Below, piece by piece: positions 52,919 through 55,683 of a DNA stretch of 55,683 nt. The notes beneath the pieces were generated by a model. It saw only the letters and a program-made list of their open reading frames with translations, ran no database searches and had not been told where the DNA came from. Made by a program: the position numbers and the translations under genes. Source of the stretch: an uncultured Ezakiella sp. (GTDB lineage: Bacteria; Bacillota; Clostridia; Tissierellales; Peptoniphilaceae); NCBI GenBank assembly GCA_947293975.1, contig CAMYPV010000001.1:1-55683 (forward strand), given 5' to 3'. Positions within the stretch are counted from its first letter, which is position 1. Each line of letters opens with the position of its first letter.

Positions 52919-52944
52919 TTTTCTGTGGTTTTTCTGTTATCTAC

Positions 52945-53112
52945 TTTTAATCCTAAGAGTTTTGTAATAAAATTATCTTGCACTAATCTCAGCTCCTTCC
53001 ATGTTGTGCAATTATATTTTAAAGGATTTCTGAGTTTAGTACAATTTTTTTACATATTTTTCTCACTAAAAAAGTTGTAGTGCTTTAATACCACAACTTT
53101 TAGTATAGAGCC
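52945..53112 (-). mobile_element. Probable ISL3-family IS left-end remnant
   Basis: Minus strand starts GGCTCTATACTAAAAGTTGTGG with internal hairpin, then TTGTAC-N17-TAAAAT, AAGGAG SD and GTG-start MQDNFITKLLGLK, truncated. Confidence 0.55.
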
Positions 53113-53114
53113 AG

Positions 53115-53154
53115 AACATTTCACTAGCCATTTTTATTATTTAATTTATTTTGA
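53115..53154 (+). repeat. 3'-boundary direct repeat, copy 2 (half terminator)
   Basis: AACATTTCACTAGCCATTTTTATTATTTAATTTATTTTGA. Confidence 0.9.
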
Positions 53155-54112
53155 ATCCATACGATAATATCTTACCAGTAAGCTCTGGATACATTCCATC
53201 AAATTCAAGATTATTCAGATTATATGCTTTTAATTCATATACATCTATTAAATCATTAAACTTTATTGTCGATTTATTTATATCTGTTATTTCTGGTGAT
53301 TGTTGTCTATTATATTTTTTTATAGCACCATATTCATTATAAAATACATCCACATTTAAATCTAGAGGCAAGTATCTTGATATCCAACTTGGACTTTCGC
53401 TTATATGAAGTTCTGGCTTTAATTTAAACTTAAAAAAATCTGATACTGAATCAACATCAATATCACGCCATCTTTCTTTATAACCACGTACAGAAATATT
53501 CGCTAGACTAAAATAATACTCTAGTCTAGAAATTCTAGATTTTGTTCCATACGCTTTTTCATTATCAACTGCATCTACAATATAATTAGCGTTCATAATA
53601 AAATCGAATTTAAAATTGTCATTTTCAAGTGTATATAGTCTGATATTTGAATTTTTTGTCTTGATTAAATCTTTGTAGTTTTCCCTTAGACCTCCAAAAA
53701 ATAAAGGATATAAAATGTAGCAGTCTTCGTATTCTTTTTTCCATATAGAACTAAATTTTCTTTTATTAACTGCATTTATAAAATCGTTAGATACACTTAC
53801 AGACGCTTTTTTTATATCATAATTTTCTTTAATCACTAGATAGTATGTTTGCTCTTCTAGATTTATAACAGATATTAATACATCACTGTTGTTTGATGGA
53901 ATCAAGGCAATAATTTTTTCTTCTGAATATGAATTAACTTCAAATTTTAATTTTGACTTGTTATATCCTTCAACAACAATTTCAACCTCATCATTATCAT
54001 TCATTGTAATATCTAAAATTTTAAAATTAACTGTTTGGTTGTTCTGACAAAACAACCAAACAGTTAATATCGATAACGATAAAAAAATAAATATAAGAAT
54101 TTTTCTAATCAT
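53141..54112 (-). CDS. Hypothetical exported or membrane-anchored protein
   Basis: 323-aa ORF with N-terminal basic + hydrophobic segment; overlaps the upstream gene. Confidence 0.7.
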   Translation of the reverse strand: MIRKILIFIFLSLSILTVWLFCQNNQTVNFKILDITMNDNDEVEIVVEGYNKSKLKFEVNSYSEEKIIALIPSNNSDVLISVINLEEQTYYLVIKENYDIKKASVSVSNDFINAVNKRKFSSIWKKEYEDCYILYPLFFGGLRENYKDLIKTKNSNIRLYTLENDNFKFDFIMNANYIVDAVDNEKAYGTKSRISRLEYYFSLANISVRGYKERWRDIDVDSVSDFFKFKLKPELHISESPSWISRYLPLDLNVDVFYNEYGAIKKYNRQQSPEITDINKSTIKFNDLIDVYELKAYNLNNLEFDGMYPELTGKILSYGFKIN

Positions 54113-55268
54113 TAGAATCTATATATCCCGCAACATACATTCTTTCACTTCCTACAACTGTATGATAGTTGTAATAGCAAAAATCAAATTCTATATCTAC
54201 ATATAATTTATGTCTATAATTTCCTCTTGAATTCTTTTTTAATATCGCCGATACATGAATCCAGTCACCATCTGTAGCCCCTATAACCTGAGACCCAAAT
54301 TTTTTTGTCCCATAGTTTAATAAATCGCTATCAAATCCGCCAACAGTACTTCTATCTATTTCTATCCAATCCCATGGTTTAGTTGAAAAATTACCAAATT
54401 TAAACTTTGGTCTTCTTACTATATAGATCGGGCATTCCCATTTAACTTCTGTAAAACCATCTTCATTTCTAATTCCACTATGGTCTACAAGTTCATATCT
54501 AAAAATTGGATCTCTAACTAATAGCGCACGAATATTATCTCGATACCTACCATTTTCATACTGTCTTTGTTCTTGAACACCTAGTGAAATCCTTTGTTCT
54601 CCATCGCCATAGTAACCAATATTATATGTCCTTAAATCAGCAATAACATCCATTTCATATTCTGTATCAAATTTATCGTATCTTACTAACACACGTTTTC
54701 TTTCTACTCTATTGTTATATCCCGATCTTAAAGATTGCGTGTAATTATTTATGTCAGCACCTAAATCAAAAATCGAGGTTGTTGGTTTAATATACATAAG
54801 CCACCAATCAAGTAATTGAATTTTTTCTTCTGGCAATTCATATACATTAATATGCTCTATGATTTTTTCCAAATCATTATTTATAACATTCTCATAAATG
54901 AAAATTCTTTCGCCTATTCTAAAAATCATTTGAACAACCTTTTCGCAATCAAATTTCTGATTGCTTATAAGCCTATTTTTTTTCATTTTAGGTAATATTT
55001 GTATTGATATTACTACTTCGCTGTTTTCAACTGAGTCAAATACAATAGTTTCATCATAAGGAGATTTATATAGCCTAAAATATCCTTCAAAGCCAACATC
55101 GCCATTTATTTTAATTCCAATAGTATCGCCATTGTCATTAAAAATAACCTCACTTTCATTGATAGTTACCGCACTTTCTAACATTGCATCAGTTATAAAA
55201 TCTACATCCGCATTTATACTTCGTGAAAAAAGAATCAGTAACAAAGTTATAAACATAAATTTTTTCAT
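54105..55268 (-). CDS. Hypothetical secreted protein
   Basis: MKKFMFITLLLILFSRSINA-D signal peptide; AGGAGG SD. Confidence 0.75.
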   Translation of the reverse strand: MKKFMFITLLLILFSRSINADVDFITDAMLESAVTINESEVIFNDNGDTIGIKINGDVGFEGYFRLYKSPYDETIVFDSVENSEVVISIQILPKMKKNRLISNQKFDCEKVVQMIFRIGERIFIYENVINNDLEKIIEHINVYELPEEKIQLLDWWLMYIKPTTSIFDLGADINNYTQSLRSGYNNRVERKRVLVRYDKFDTEYEMDVIADLRTYNIGYYGDGEQRISLGVQEQRQYENGRYRDNIRALLVRDPIFRYELVDHSGIRNEDGFTEVKWECPIYIVRRPKFKFGNFSTKPWDWIEIDRSTVGGFDSDLLNYGTKKFGSQVIGATDGDWIHVSAILKKNSRGNYRHKLYVDIEFDFCYYNYHTVVGSERMYVAGYIDSND

Positions 55269-55293
55269 AACCATCTCCTCCTGTTATTTTATT

Positions 55294-55386
55294 TTGTAAA
55301 TTTACTCGAGTTTTATTTACACTTATATTATACCATAAATTAATCATTTTGTTACAGACAGTTGCCAAGTTTTTTAACAGACAGTT
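55294..55386 (-). promoter_or_regulatory. Duplicated promoter, copy A
   Basis: Extended -10 TGGTATAAT (hexamer 55327-55332), poor -35, ACAGACAGTT boxes at 55354 and 55377. Confidence 0.85.
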
Positions 55387-55428
55387 GATTTAATTTATAT
55401 TTATGATAAAATCATATTAGGTGATTAT

Positions 55429-55683
55429 ATGAAAAATATTTCAAATACGATATACAATGAAATTATTAGTGATATAAAAAACGATAAATACATGATTAGG
55501 GACAAGCTTCCCTCTATTAGGCATATGGCTTTGTTATATAATGTAAAAAAACACTATATCGAAGTTATATATGATAAATTATCAACAGAAGGTTATATCA
55601 TTTCCCAACCAGGCAAAGGATTTTATGTAAACAGCAAAACTGGAAGGTATGCAAATATAATCAATAATAATGAGTACATTAAA
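55429..55683 (+). CDS. GntR-family winged-helix regulator (runs off window end)
   Basis: Not in the ORF track. Manual translation MKNISNTIYNEIISDIKNDKYMIRDKLPSIRHMALLYNV...YDKLSTEGYIISQPGKGFYV. Confidence 0.85.
   Translation, partial: MKNISNTIYNEIISDIKNDKYMIRDKLPSIRHMALLYNVKKHYIEVIYDKLSTEGYIISQPGKGFYVNSKTGRYANIINNNEYIK

Overview
AT-rich, mostly minus-strand chromosomal segment of a Gram-positive anaerobe. Gene content suggests Clostridia/Tissierellia, but the taxonomy is an inference. Positions 1-49.3 kb are housekeeping: argS (partial), mutS2, a U32 protein, zapA, pheST, a TrmH methylase, smpB, rnr, ddl, membrane-anchored murF, an alpha/beta hydrolase, a membrane pyrophosphatase, secG, rpoBC, a YghO/bCerS-like GNAT, a citC-like ligase, two DegV genes, an in-frame CCA-adding enzyme/GlmM fusion, an FMN riboswitch with ribU, cdaR/cdaA, pepF, nth, thyX, flavodoxin, MATE, mscL, RNase HI, two SLH proteins, an NAD-kinase-like gene, pyrC and an M18 aminopeptidase. 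Positions 49.3-55.7 kb are a visibly more AT-rich accessory locus made of two tandem 'cassettes'. They share a 93-bp promoter (89/93 identical, with paired ACAGACAGTT boxes) and a ~40-bp 3' boundary but carry unrelated cargo: two secreted unknown proteins versus a truncated radical SAM/SPASM gene plus two ABC exporters. A probable ISL3 end remnant joins them and a divergent GntR regulator sits beside them. No rRNA, tRNA or CRISPR array was seen. All family calls come from motif recognition, not database searches.
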